Translations under genes and position numbers: made by a program
Assembly: GCA_035361955.1 (NCBI GenBank)
Contig: DAOSDC010000005.1
Location: 32,987-96,986 of the forward strand
Reading direction: 5' to 3'
Source of the DNA: Bacilli bacterium
Lineage (GTDB): Bacteria > Bacillota_I > Bacilli_A > RFN20 > CAG-826
DNA: 64,000 bases
In this document: positions 18,964-27,480 of the stretch, piece by piece
Layout: every line of letters begins with the position of its first letter
Numbering within the stretch: the first letter of the stretch is position 1
Notes under the pieces: generated by a model
Seen by the model: only the letters and a program-made list of their open reading frames with translations
What the model was told of the DNA's origin: nothing
The model's database searches: none

Positions 18964-21039
18964 ATGATTTACGAATCGGAAAAAATCCGCAATATTATTT
19001 TCTTGGGCCATCAAGGGTCCGGCAAGACGACGCTGATTGAATCGCTTTATAGCCTAGCGTTTAAAACTCCTAAAGGAGCGATCGAACGAAAGAACACAAT
19101 CAGCGATTTTACCGTCGAAGAAAAAAACCGCCTCAGTTCTTGCAACATGGCAATCGTTCCCATCGAATATAACGGCTATAAACTCAATCTCATCGACGCC
19201 CCCGGTAACGACAGTTTTGTGTACGAAATCATCGGCGTGCTCGACATGATCAAAGGCGCGGTGCTTGTCATCGATGCCCAAAAAGGACTTGAGGTCGGCA
19301 CCGTCAAACATTATAACTTCCTGCGTAAACACGGCGTCCCCACCTTCATATTTGTTAATAAGCTCGACAAAGAGTCGATCAAATACGAAGAGCTGTTAGA
19401 AAACATTAAAGCAAAACTCGGCAAACAAGCAATATCGTTTGTATATCCCATCGGTCACAAAGAGAACTTTGATGGCTTCATCGACATCATTTCATTAAAA
19501 GCCCGCCGCCACAATGGCGTCGAATGTGTCGAAGAGCAAATCCATGACGACAAGAAGGAAAAAGTCATGGAACTCCACAATGTCATCGCCGAACAAGTCG
19601 CCGTCACCGATGAAGCGTTACTAGAAAAGTTCTTCTCGGGTGAAACACTGTCCAAAGAAGAAATTCATCAGGGATTACACACCGCGGTGTTATCGGGTGA
19701 TTTAACTCCCATTCTTGTTGGATCATCACTTAAAGACATTGGTCTTGATACGATGCTTGATATGATGATTGATTACCTGCCCAACCCCAACGAGTTAAAA
19801 CCATATGTGGTCAAAGCTAACGATGGTAGCGAAATCGTGCGTCACACGATTAGTAGCGACCCCTTCTCGGCATACGTATTCAAAACGATGCTTGACCAAT
19901 ACAAAGGCACGACCAACATCATCAAGGTCATCTCCGGAACGATTAGTTTGGGCGATGAAATCTATTGTCCCAACACCCAAGCAACGTTTAAAGTATCACA
20001 GATGTTCTACCTTAGCGGTAGCAAACAAACGCCAATTGAGAAAGTATACGCCGGCGACATCGTTGGATTAGCCAAACTTGAAGGCGTGACCACCGGTCAT
20101 ACGCTTTGCGATAAGGCGAAACCAATCACTTACCCAAAAGCCAAATATCCAACACCGGTTTATTACCGCGCCGTCAGCCCGAAATCGAGTAAAGACGAAG
20201 AAAAACTCGGTTCCTCGCTCTTTAAGATGCAAATCGAAGATCCGATTCTTGAAGTTAAGCGCAACACCGAAACCAAGCAACTGCTCATCGGCGGCTTAAG
20301 CAATTCGCACCTTAACTACGTGTTAGAAAAAATCAATAACATGTACGGTATCCAGGTTGATGTCGCTCCTCCAAAGATCAATTACCGCGAAACGATTCGC
20401 AAAGAAGCGCAAGCGCCTGGTCGCTATGTCAAACAATCGGGTGGCAGCGGCTTCTACGGTGTCGTCGAAATGAAATTCTTACCAAGCGGTTCCGACAAAA
20501 ATGAATTCACCGAAGAAATATTCGGTGGTTCGGTGCCTAAAAACTATATTCCCGCGGTTGAAAAAGGATTCTTTGAATCGACCAACCAAGGCTTACTCGC
20601 CGGTTTCCCGGTGCTTGGCGTCAAGGGCGTGCTGTTAGATGGAAAATACCATCCCGTCGACAGTAATGAACTCGCCTTTAAAATGGCGGGCATGATTGCC
20701 TTCAAAGAAGCTTACATGAAATGCTCGCCGACGATTCTCGAACCGATCATGAAAATAACGATCAACATCAACAATGAATTCACCGGCAACATCATGAACG
20801 ATCTCAATCAACGTCGCGCACGCATCATCAGCATGGATGAAAAAGGTAATAATATCCAAGAAATCGTCGCTCTCGTTCCCGAAACCGAAATTCTCGATTA
20901 CGTGACCAACCTCCACGTCATCTCACAGGGTAGCGGCTTCTTTAACCGAGAGTTCGATTCTTATCAAGAAGTGCCCGCGCATTTGATTGATGGCATTATC
21001 CGCGATAATTCGCTCCTTAAAAACGCTGATAACAAATAG
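18964..21039 (+). CDS. Divergent EF-G family translational GTPase paralog with switch-II His replaced by Asn
   Basis: 691 aa. G1 GHQGSGKTT, G3 DAPGNDSF (canonical DTPGHVDF), G4 NKLD. C-terminal EF-G domain IV/V patterns (NDLNQRRARIIS..ALVPETEILDYVTNLHVISQGSG..F..YQEVP). Confidence 0.8.
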   Translation: MIYESEKIRNIIFLGHQGSGKTTLIESLYSLAFKTPKGAIERKNTISDFTVEEKNRLSSCNMAIVPIEYNGYKLNLIDAPGNDSFVYEIIGVLDMIKGAVLVIDAQKGLEVGTVKHYNFLRKHGVPTFIFVNKLDKESIKYEELLENIKAKLGKQAISFVYPIGHKENFDGFIDIISLKARRHNGVECVEEQIHDDKKEKVMELHNVIAEQVAVTDEALLEKFFSGETLSKEEIHQGLHTAVLSGDLTPILVGSSLKDIGLDTMLDMMIDYLPNPNELKPYVVKANDGSEIVRHTISSDPFSAYVFKTMLDQYKGTTNIIKVISGTISLGDEIYCPNTQATFKVSQMFYLSGSKQTPIEKVYAGDIVGLAKLEGVTTGHTLCDKAKPITYPKAKYPTPVYYRAVSPKSSKDEEKLGSSLFKMQIEDPILEVKRNTETKQLLIGGLSNSHLNYVLEKINNMYGIQVDVAPPKINYRETIRKEAQAPGRYVKQSGGSGFYGVVEMKFLPSGSDKNEFTEEIFGGSVPKNYIPAVEKGFFESTNQGLLAGFPVLGVKGVLLDGKYHPVDSNELAFKMAGMIAFKEAYMKCSPTILEPIMKITININNEFTGNIMNDLNQRRARIISMDEKGNNIQEIVALVPETEILDYVTNLHVISQGSGFFNREFDSYQEVPAHLIDGIIRDNSLLKNADNK

Positions 21040-21064
21040 TGATTCACCGCCATATTCATTAGTA

Positions 21065-21110
21065 AAAACCCCGTCGATTGGAAAACATCTCCTGACGGGG
21101 TTTTCTTTTT
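21065..21110 (+). terminator. Rho-independent terminator after the EF-G-like gene
   Basis: AAAACCCCGTC..(loop)..GACGGGGTTTT followed by CTTTTT. Confidence 0.6.
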
Positions 21111-21164
21111 GCTTTATCTCATCGCCCGCATTCATCGCGTCGTAGGGGTGGTATAATTTTAAGT

Positions 21165-21791
21165 ATGAAACCCGTTAATAAATTAAAACCGCTTTTAAAA
21201 AAACTCGAGGCGATGGAACGCCGTCGCGGCACGATGAACGAATATGTCGAAAACGAGTATATGGATGAAGAAGGTACGGCGACGATTAATGTCAATCTTA
21301 AAAACGCCGACAATCTTTTTTCACCCTATTCAAGCAAAAAGGTATTAAACCAGGATTTACTGCGCTACATCGATTCACAGGCTGATCCGCTACCACCCCA
21401 TTTACCACTGGTCATCAATTTTATCGTCGATGATGTCAGCAAGGTTGACCAAGAGTATATTCGTCGGGCGATTAAGCGCTATTATTGGCTGTCTTACAAA
21501 TCGATGACCAAAGAGTTGCGTCGCATTAAAATCACGTCGTTGGTGCTATTTGCGATTGGCATTGGTATTCTCGTGCTCTACGAGGTGCTGACGCGATTTA
21601 ACATCGATATATTAGCTAATCAGATTATCCTGATTGCTTCCTGGGTATTCATATGGGAAGCGGTCAGCCGCTTGTTCTTTAATCGTCGCGAAAAACAAAT
21701 CGAACGTATGAATGAAGGCCAAATGGCCGTCGCCAGCGTCAGATTCGAAACACGACCGCAGCAACATAAAAAGCCTAAAAAAGAAGCTTAA
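21165..21791 (+). CDS. Hypothetical membrane protein (2 TM helices)
   Basis: 208 aa. Central hydrophobic helices ITSLVLFAIGIGILVLY and IILIASWVFIW. Confidence 0.45.
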   Translation: MKPVNKLKPLLKKLEAMERRRGTMNEYVENEYMDEEGTATINVNLKNADNLFSPYSSKKVLNQDLLRYIDSQADPLPPHLPLVINFIVDDVSKVDQEYIRRAIKRYYWLSYKSMTKELRRIKITSLVLFAIGIGILVLYEVLTRFNIDILANQIILIASWVFIWEAVSRLFFNRREKQIERMNEGQMAVASVRFETRPQQHKKPKKEA

Positions 21792-22153
21792 TACTTTTGT
21801 TTTAAGGGAATCACGCCGCGAATTCCGCCGCGCGGATCTTTGACATCGTCTTTGTAACGGGGAATCACATGCATATGGCAGTGATCGATCGTTTGACCAC
21901 CCGCTTCATTGATGTTAAATCCGATGTTATAACCATCAGGACGATGTTCCTTTTCAATCAGTCCTTCGACATGACGCGATAACGCTTGAATGGCCACCAA
22001 CTCTTCCTTCGACAGATCAAAATAGTTTTTGATATGCCGCCACGGGATAATCAAGACATGGCCAACATTGACTGGATAGCGATCATAAATGGCATAGGCG
22101 AGTTCGTTTTTGCAAATGATGTTAAATGTGTCGGTGTTACAAAAGATACACAT
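21788..22153 (-). CDS. HIT-family hydrolase
   Basis: Histidine-triad signature DHCHMHVIPR and a YPVNVGHVLIIP block. Confidence 0.85.
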   Translation of the reverse strand: MCIFCNTDTFNIICKNELAYAIYDRYPVNVGHVLIIPWRHIKNYFDLSKEELVAIQALSRHVEGLIEKEHRPDGYNIGFNINEAGGQTIDHCHMHVIPRYKDDVKDPRGGIRGVIPLKQKY

Positions 22154-22155
22154 AA

Positions 22156-22647
22156 TCAGCTACCTCCATATTCACAAAGAGGGATATATTTGCCCTGATT
22201 CGATTCGAACAATACGAACTTGCTAATACTCATCGACAAGGGGCGACCATTGAATCGGAATGGTACGTTTTTATTGGCGCGCGCTAGGGTAATGTGGGGC
22301 GTGAATTGATAACGGATGCCACCATCGATTGCTTGTATGGCGACAAGCGCGTTATTCGCTAAGGCGTTTAGTCGTTCGTTTTCGCAAATCTTTGCAAAGT
22401 ATACAACTTGACGGTTGACGAATTTACCAACGCCGTCGATGAGAATATCAAATGGTGCAATCCGGATACTCTTCAAAGCTTCGATGAATGGTTTTGGATC
22501 AATTACTTCTCCGATGAAAACAAGTGTTATGTGCAGTTTGTCAGATGGTTCCACTCGAAAGCCAGGACCAACGAAGTTTTGATTTTGAACATCAGACAAC
22601 GACAATGAGACCGATTCTTCAAGTGGGATGCCAACGAATAGACGCAT
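22156..22647 (-). CDS. RNA 2',3'-cyclic phosphodiesterase / 2'-5' RNA ligase (LigT/ThpR, 2H family); start revised to MRLFVGIPL
   Basis: Two H-x-T-x motifs (HITLVF and HITLAR). The revised ATG at 22647 sits 2 nt after the stop of the upstream membrane protein. The ORF-track extension would overlap that gene by 55 nt. Confidence 0.75.
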   Translation of the reverse strand: MRLFVGIPLEESVSLSLSDVQNQNFVGPGFRVEPSDKLHITLVFIGEVIDPKPFIEALKSIRIAPFDILIDGVGKFVNRQVVYFAKICENERLNALANNALVAIQAIDGGIRYQFTPHITLARANKNVPFRFNGRPLSMSISKFVLFESNQGKYIPLCEYGGS

Positions 22648-22649
22648 GA

Positions 22650-23429
22650 TTAAATCACACCCAGTGGCACAAGTGTGGCCAGCAGCAAGGCAACAATGCC
22701 CCAAGTGACAGTCAAAAACTTGATTTGCGTTTTTGGTAAGGCGTCATGCATCAAGAAGGCGGCTAGAAAGAAAGGAATATATGTGGTGACGAAAACTGGG
22801 ATTGCGCCCCACCAGGGATAAACCCAAATAAAGGCCGGTGTGCCCGCTAGGAATATCTCAAATATCGAAAAGAAAGCGGCATTGCCAATCGCAAACAAGA
22901 TGCGATTGTTCATCCCGAATATCTTTTTTTTCGGATCGTCGGGAAGCAGTTTCGACATCACGAGTCCGGCAATCGAAAACATCATTGACAGTTCCCAAGA
23001 TACGCCAATCAACAACATGAAACTGGTGCTGTCGGATGATACCGTCCATAGCGCATATCCAGATGCCGATTGAATAATGGCATTGACAATTTCATAGAGC
23101 CAATGCACGCCATAAAGCGATAACGCGGCAACAATGCCTTTATAGTTTTTGTGCTTGATTTCAGTTCCGTATATGTAGATAATCACTGCGAAGATCGCAA
23201 TAAACGTCCAATTGAAATTGGCATTCGATCTAATCAAGTTATTAGCGGCATCGGCTTCGGGAATTCGAACGGCGTCGCCCCAGAATGCAAAAAACGTACT
23301 GTTTTGACCAAGGAGCGACAACACAAAAATGATTAAACAAACACCAAGGGTAAAAGCTACGATAGGAAAAGCGTCAATCAAGATTCTTTTCAGGCAAATC
23401 TTTGGTTTCATGGTATATACCTCAATCAC
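22650..23429 (-). CDS. Integral membrane protein (about 7 TM helices), unknown function
   Basis: 259 aa, highly hydrophobic, no motif recognised. Confidence 0.45.
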   Translation of the reverse strand: MIEVYTMKPKICLKRILIDAFPIVAFTLGVCLIIFVLSLLGQNSTFFAFWGDAVRIPEADAANNLIRSNANFNWTFIAIFAVIIYIYGTEIKHKNYKGIVAALSLYGVHWLYEIVNAIIQSASGYALWTVSSDSTSFMLLIGVSWELSMMFSIAGLVMSKLLPDDPKKKIFGMNNRILFAIGNAAFFSIFEIFLAGTPAFIWVYPWWGAIPVFVTTYIPFFLAAFLMHDALPKTQIKFLTVTWGIVALLLATLVPLGVI

Positions 23430-23462
23430 ATATTAATGATTGGGGTTAGTTAAATCAATGAA

Positions 23463-23933
23463 TCAGAAGGTCTTTTTGACGTGTAAGAATAACTCGTGGT
23501 TTAAAAGTTTTTCCTTGAGCCAAATGTAATCTTTCCCAGAATATCCTGTTAGCTTTCCGTCAGAACCAACGACTCGATGGCAAGGTACGACTAACCCGAT
23601 CGGATTTCTTTTGCAAGCTTGCCCGACTGCGCGAAATGCGGTTGGATGACCGATTTGTTCGGCAATGCCGGCGTATGTGCGCAGCTCCCCTAAAGGAATC
23701 GTCAGCAATGCATTCCAAACTTTCTTTTGGAACTCGGTTCCACTTGTAAAACGAACCGGATATTTAATTGGCGTTCCATGATCGAAATAATTGTCGATCA
23801 ACTTTGAAAGAACCGGATGCTGTGGATACGTGGTTTTATCTTCGACGAAAGCCATTTCGATGAGTTCGTCATCGATTAGTGACATCCTGATGACTCCTAA
23901 TGGCGTCATGTGATCATAGGTCGTTTGAATCAT
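23463..23933 (-). CDS. ogt: Methylated-DNA--protein-cysteine methyltransferase (MGMT/Ogt)
   Basis: Active-site PCHRVV motif and conserved C-terminal winged helix. Confidence 0.85.
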   Translation of the reverse strand: MIQTTYDHMTPLGVIRMSLIDDELIEMAFVEDKTTYPQHPVLSKLIDNYFDHGTPIKYPVRFTSGTEFQKKVWNALLTIPLGELRTYAGIAEQIGHPTAFRAVGQACKRNPIGLVVPCHRVVGSDGKLTGYSGKDYIWLKEKLLNHELFLHVKKTF

Positions 23934-24072
23934 AATATTTTATCCTCCTTTATGATATGGACTATCATACTACGGGGACAAATGCGTAAATCCCGACTTT
24001 GTAACGAAGTAGTCTCATGAGACCTTATCTCACCTTATTAATAGGGTGGTCTATGGCCATTTGGACAAATTT

Positions 24073-25134
24073 TTATAAATATTTTTTCGGATTGTCTTTG
24101 CCTTCAAGCACCGCGAGCACGGCTGAGGCTAACGATTGCAGTTCTTCTTCGCCTGGATAGACAAATACCGGAGCAATCCATTTGACCTTTTCGGTCACGC
24201 TATCGATGAATAGTTTGCCATGACTAATGCCACCGGTTAAAAGTATGGCGTCAACCTTGCCGCTTGTTGTCGTCGCCATCGCCCCAATGTATTTGGCAAA
24301 CTGATAAACAAACGCGTCGAATATAAGTCGGGCATGTTCATCTCCTTGCTCGATCATCTTCGTGACTTTTCTTAAATCGTTGGTGCCCAGGTGAGCCATA
24401 AACCCGCCCTTGCCCCTTAAGAATGCTTGCATTTGCTTTAAGTCATACTCGCCAGAATAACATAATTCAATCAATTGTTTGCATGGTAAAGCCCCCGCTC
24501 GTTCGGGTGAGAATGGCCCATCGCTGACGGCGTCGGTCACATCGATAACGCGTCCATGTCGGTGCATGCCAATTGAGATGCCCCCTCCGGCATGGCCGAC
24601 GATAAGATTTACTTTTTTATAATCGAGCCCATGCAATTTACAGTGTTTACGAGCAATCGCTTTATGATTAAGCGCATGGAACGTCATTGGGCGCGATAAA
24701 AACGGTAATCCGGTTATCGTGGCGATTTCATCGGCTTCAAACGTGCTGGGTGGGTCGGTGATAAATGATGGGATATGATACATTTGCCCAAGTTCATAAC
24801 CAATCAGTGAAGCCAGATTGCTTGGATGTTTAAAATTTGAATTTTGTGAATCTTCCAAGATGCGGTCATTAATCGCATATGTTCCGCTGGGCACAAGGTT
24901 AATGATTCCACCACGACAACTAATCGCCGAAAAGTCCTCAATTTTGATATTTGCGTCTTTTAGCGCCTTTTCGATCACTTGACGACGAAATGAGATTTCA
25001 CTTTCGAACGTCGTGTTTTTGGCCTGCTCTTCGGGCGTATGCATCAGGTTATACTCTTTGATGATTTTGTCATCTTCGAAAATGCCAATCTTCGTCGAAG
25101 TACTGCCAGGATTGATAGCCAATATTTTGTGCAT
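24073..25134 (-). CDS. buk: Butyrate (short/branched-chain fatty acid) kinase
   Basis: N-terminus MHKILAINPGSTSTKIGIFEDDK matches the butyrate kinase/ASKHA pattern. 353 aa. Confidence 0.88.
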   Translation of the reverse strand: MHKILAINPGSTSTKIGIFEDDKIIKEYNLMHTPEEQAKNTTFESEISFRRQVIEKALKDANIKIEDFSAISCRGGIINLVPSGTYAINDRILEDSQNSNFKHPSNLASLIGYELGQMYHIPSFITDPPSTFEADEIATITGLPFLSRPMTFHALNHKAIARKHCKLHGLDYKKVNLIVGHAGGGISIGMHRHGRVIDVTDAVSDGPFSPERAGALPCKQLIELCYSGEYDLKQMQAFLRGKGGFMAHLGTNDLRKVTKMIEQGDEHARLIFDAFVYQFAKYIGAMATTTSGKVDAILLTGGISHGKLFIDSVTEKVKWIAPVFVYPGEEELQSLASAVLAVLEGKDNPKKYL

Positions 25135-25189
25135 GGGGCGTCCTCTTGTTCTATTTTAATATGAAACGAAAGCGGTTTCACGACAATCA

Positions 25190-25225
25190 CATAAAAAAAC
25201 CGACCCGAAGGCCGGTTTCTAAAGG
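25190..25225 (-). terminator. Rho-independent terminator after the LTD lipoprotein gene
   Basis: On the minus strand: ACCGGCC-uucg-GGUCGGU (UUCG tetraloop) followed by a T7 run. Confidence 0.5.
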
Positions 25226-25240
25226 AGGACAGCGCTTGAT

Positions 25241-26083
25241 TTAGCTGATGGTGTGTGTGCCAACGGTGTGGACAGCGGGGTTTCCTGTCGTGTAGGAGGC
25301 ATAGCTCCATTCGAGCGGATTGAATGAGTATAGATAGTCGGTTCCACCGATATTGAACGTATTAACGCTGGGACTGTGAATTGAAGGAATTCTTGTGAGG
25401 ACGGCATCCATGGTATTGCCACTGCCATTTGCAAACGTGGCGTTCCAAGCTGTGCCAGGATCAAACCCAATCGTTCCAAATGCATCAATCAAGACATCGC
25501 CAGAGCCATCATTTTTGAATAGACCAAACGCATCATCGCCGTTATGATTGGCGACATTGGTACCGGTCGATGTTCCTTGATCATAAGATCCTACCCATTT
25601 GCGGGCAACAGGAACGGCATTGACGGCAGCTAATAATCCGGTATCAAATGTGTCTGAAGCGACGTTATAAAACACGAACGTCTCTCCCGGCTCTAGCGTG
25701 CCTTCCATCGTCTTCATAATGTTAGAACTCGCTAAGTCGCGGCCATTTGAGAACAATTTAACCGTGTATTTTGTTAAGTCAATCGTTGTTGATGTCGGGT
25801 TGTAAAGTTCCAATACTTTATTCGTTCCCGGACCTTCAATATATTCCGAGAAAAATAAATCGGGTTCTCCTACCGGGATCGGTTCTGAAGAAGGAAGCTC
25901 GCTTGACGATGGTGTTGTTGAGGTTGGCGTAAGCGATGAGGTTACCTCTGATGAGGGGATTGCCGATGATGGTGCTTCAGATGTCGGCGTTGACGAAGAC
26001 GGGACGAGGGAACTGCTTTGGCATCCCGATAAAAATAGTGTTAACAATAATGCGCTACCGAATGTGATTTTCTTATTAAACAT
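25241..26083 (-). CDS. Lipoprotein with a lamin-tail (LTD) domain and an S/T/P-rich linker
   Basis: Lipobox LSGC. An S/T/P-rich low-complexity linker, then EPDLFFSEYIEGPGTNKVLELYNPTSTTIDLTKYTVK, which resembles the LTD motif (ISEI..G..N.fvELyN.t...vdLsgw.l). Confidence 0.55.
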   Translation of the reverse strand: MFNKKITFGSALLLTLFLSGCQSSSLVPSSSTPTSEAPSSAIPSSEVTSSLTPTSTTPSSSELPSSEPIPVGEPDLFFSEYIEGPGTNKVLELYNPTSTTIDLTKYTVKLFSNGRDLASSNIMKTMEGTLEPGETFVFYNVASDTFDTGLLAAVNAVPVARKWVGSYDQGTSTGTNVANHNGDDAFGLFKNDGSGDVLIDAFGTIGFDPGTAWNATFANGSGNTMDAVLTRIPSIHSPSVNTFNIGGTDYLYSFNPLEWSYASYTTGNPAVHTVGTHTIS

Positions 26084-26198
26084 AATTAATACTCCTTACC
26101 CTATAAGGCTAAAGGAATGCCGAGTGCATGTCAAACCTCTCTAATAATTATGCTGAAATAATTGCCTTGTAATCAAAATACACATGAAATAGTTTAAT

Positions 26199-27479
26199 TT
26201 ACAAATTCGATAATAAAGATGTCGTCAAGTGATAAACATCCGTATTGTCCATGACCCCAGTTAGTTTTCCATAATGATCTGGTGTTAAGCCCCAGCAATA
26301 GAAGGGGACATTGGATGTTGTATGTGTCGTTGTGGTCCAAGTCATTTTACTCAATATGTTTTCCGAATTAGCTCCATCATCGATAAGAAGGCCACCGGTT
26401 TCATGATCGGCAGTAACAATAATTGCCGTATCAGTGCGATTACTTGCCCATTTAAGGGCAACTTCGAGGGCTTGATCCATTGCTAATAATTCAAGAATCA
26501 TTGCTTCCGACAAACCATCATGCGCTTTATGATCAATTGCTGCTCCTTCAACACCCAAGAAAAAACCATTCTCGTTATTATCCAAAAAATCTAGTGCAAA
26601 TGTAGTCAGTTTATCAAGACTTGATCCAGTACCAACTGCCGGAATTGCTGGTAAAGCAGAGATAATTCGATTGTGCTGTTTTGACAATCCAGACATCTTT
26701 CCAATTGAGGTGAATCCTTTACTAAGGAAATTTGTTTCATACAAAGAATCAAAATCCCTAGGTGCAATTCCCATTATTAAATCGGCTTTGGATTCTGTCA
26801 TATTAGCCATAATATTCGCGTAATTGTTTCTACTAGTAGCATAAGAAAGGAAGCCCGCCGGGGTTCCTCCATATAAAGTATCACTTGTTAAAAAACCACT
26901 TCTTACTCCAACCTCGTTTAGTTGATCAATAAAGTTAGGAAGCACTTGTCCTGTGCCATTCATACGAACAGAACCATTGAAGACTTTCGTTCCAGTAGCC
27001 ATCGCTGTTGCTGCAGCGGCGCTATCTGTATAACCACTTGATAACGAATTTGTTGTCATTTCTGTTTTTAAAGATGCGGAATCAATCGCTAAAGACGTCC
27101 CTTTATAAAGGGTTGCCGCCTCAATATGTTCGAATCCCATACCATCACCAATAAACAAGATAACGTTTTTAATGCGGTCAGATACTATAGGTGCATAAAC
27201 GTCATACGAAGAATCATCGATTTCACTGCTTGATTGACTACTTGAAGTTATTTCACTACTTGAGTTTGCTTCACTAGTGCTCTCATAACTTGTTTCGCTC
27301 GAAGATGAGGAAACAACACTGCTTGTTGCAATGATAGAGCTTATCTGCGAATTGCTTGAAGTTACTGAAGAACTAACTACTTCAATCGACGAGGAGACAA
27401 TCGAAGATTGACAGCCCGATAATCCTAAAACGATAAGCATTAAGACGACATAGATTCTCGTTCTCAATTGGTTTTTCAT
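26199..27479 (-). CDS. Alkaline phosphatase (PhoA family) lipoprotein with a Ser-rich linker
   Basis: Lipobox LSGC. VILFIGDGMGFEH and DSAAAATAMATGTK (Ser-nucleophile motif, DSAA). The probable start MKNQ lies 5 codons inside the GTG-initiated ORF-track entry. Confidence 0.85.
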   Translation of the reverse strand: MKNQLRTRIYVVLMLIVLGLSGCQSSIVSSSIEVVSSSVTSSNSQISSIIATSSVVSSSSSETSYESTSEANSSSEITSSSQSSSEIDDSSYDVYAPIVSDRIKNVILFIGDGMGFEHIEAATLYKGTSLAIDSASLKTEMTTNSLSSGYTDSAAAATAMATGTKVFNGSVRMNGTGQVLPNFIDQLNEVGVRSGFLTSDTLYGGTPAGFLSYATSRNNYANIMANMTESKADLIMGIAPRDFDSLYETNFLSKGFTSIGKMSGLSKQHNRIISALPAIPAVGTGSSLDKLTTFALDFLDNNENGFFLGVEGAAIDHKAHDGLSEAMILELLAMDQALEVALKWASNRTDTAIIVTADHETGGLLIDDGANSENILSKMTWTTTTHTTSNVPFYCWGLTPDHYGKLTGVMDNTDVYHLTTSLLSNL

Positions 27480-27480
27480 G

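Noticed and set aside
22648-22704. 5' extension of the LigT ORF overlapping the upstream membrane-protein gene by 55 nt
   Set aside because: The extension (MGHCCLAAGHTCATGCDLI) is Cys/Gly-rich read-through of the neighbour's 3' end. The internal ATG gives a canonical LigT N-terminus (MRLFVGIPL), so the start was trimmed.
24011-24024. Perfect 12-bp palindrome GTCTCATGAGAC between buk and ogt
   Set aside because: It could be a regulator site for ogt, but it is isolated with no second copy, no T-run and no adjacent regulator. Recorded only as a possible minor site.
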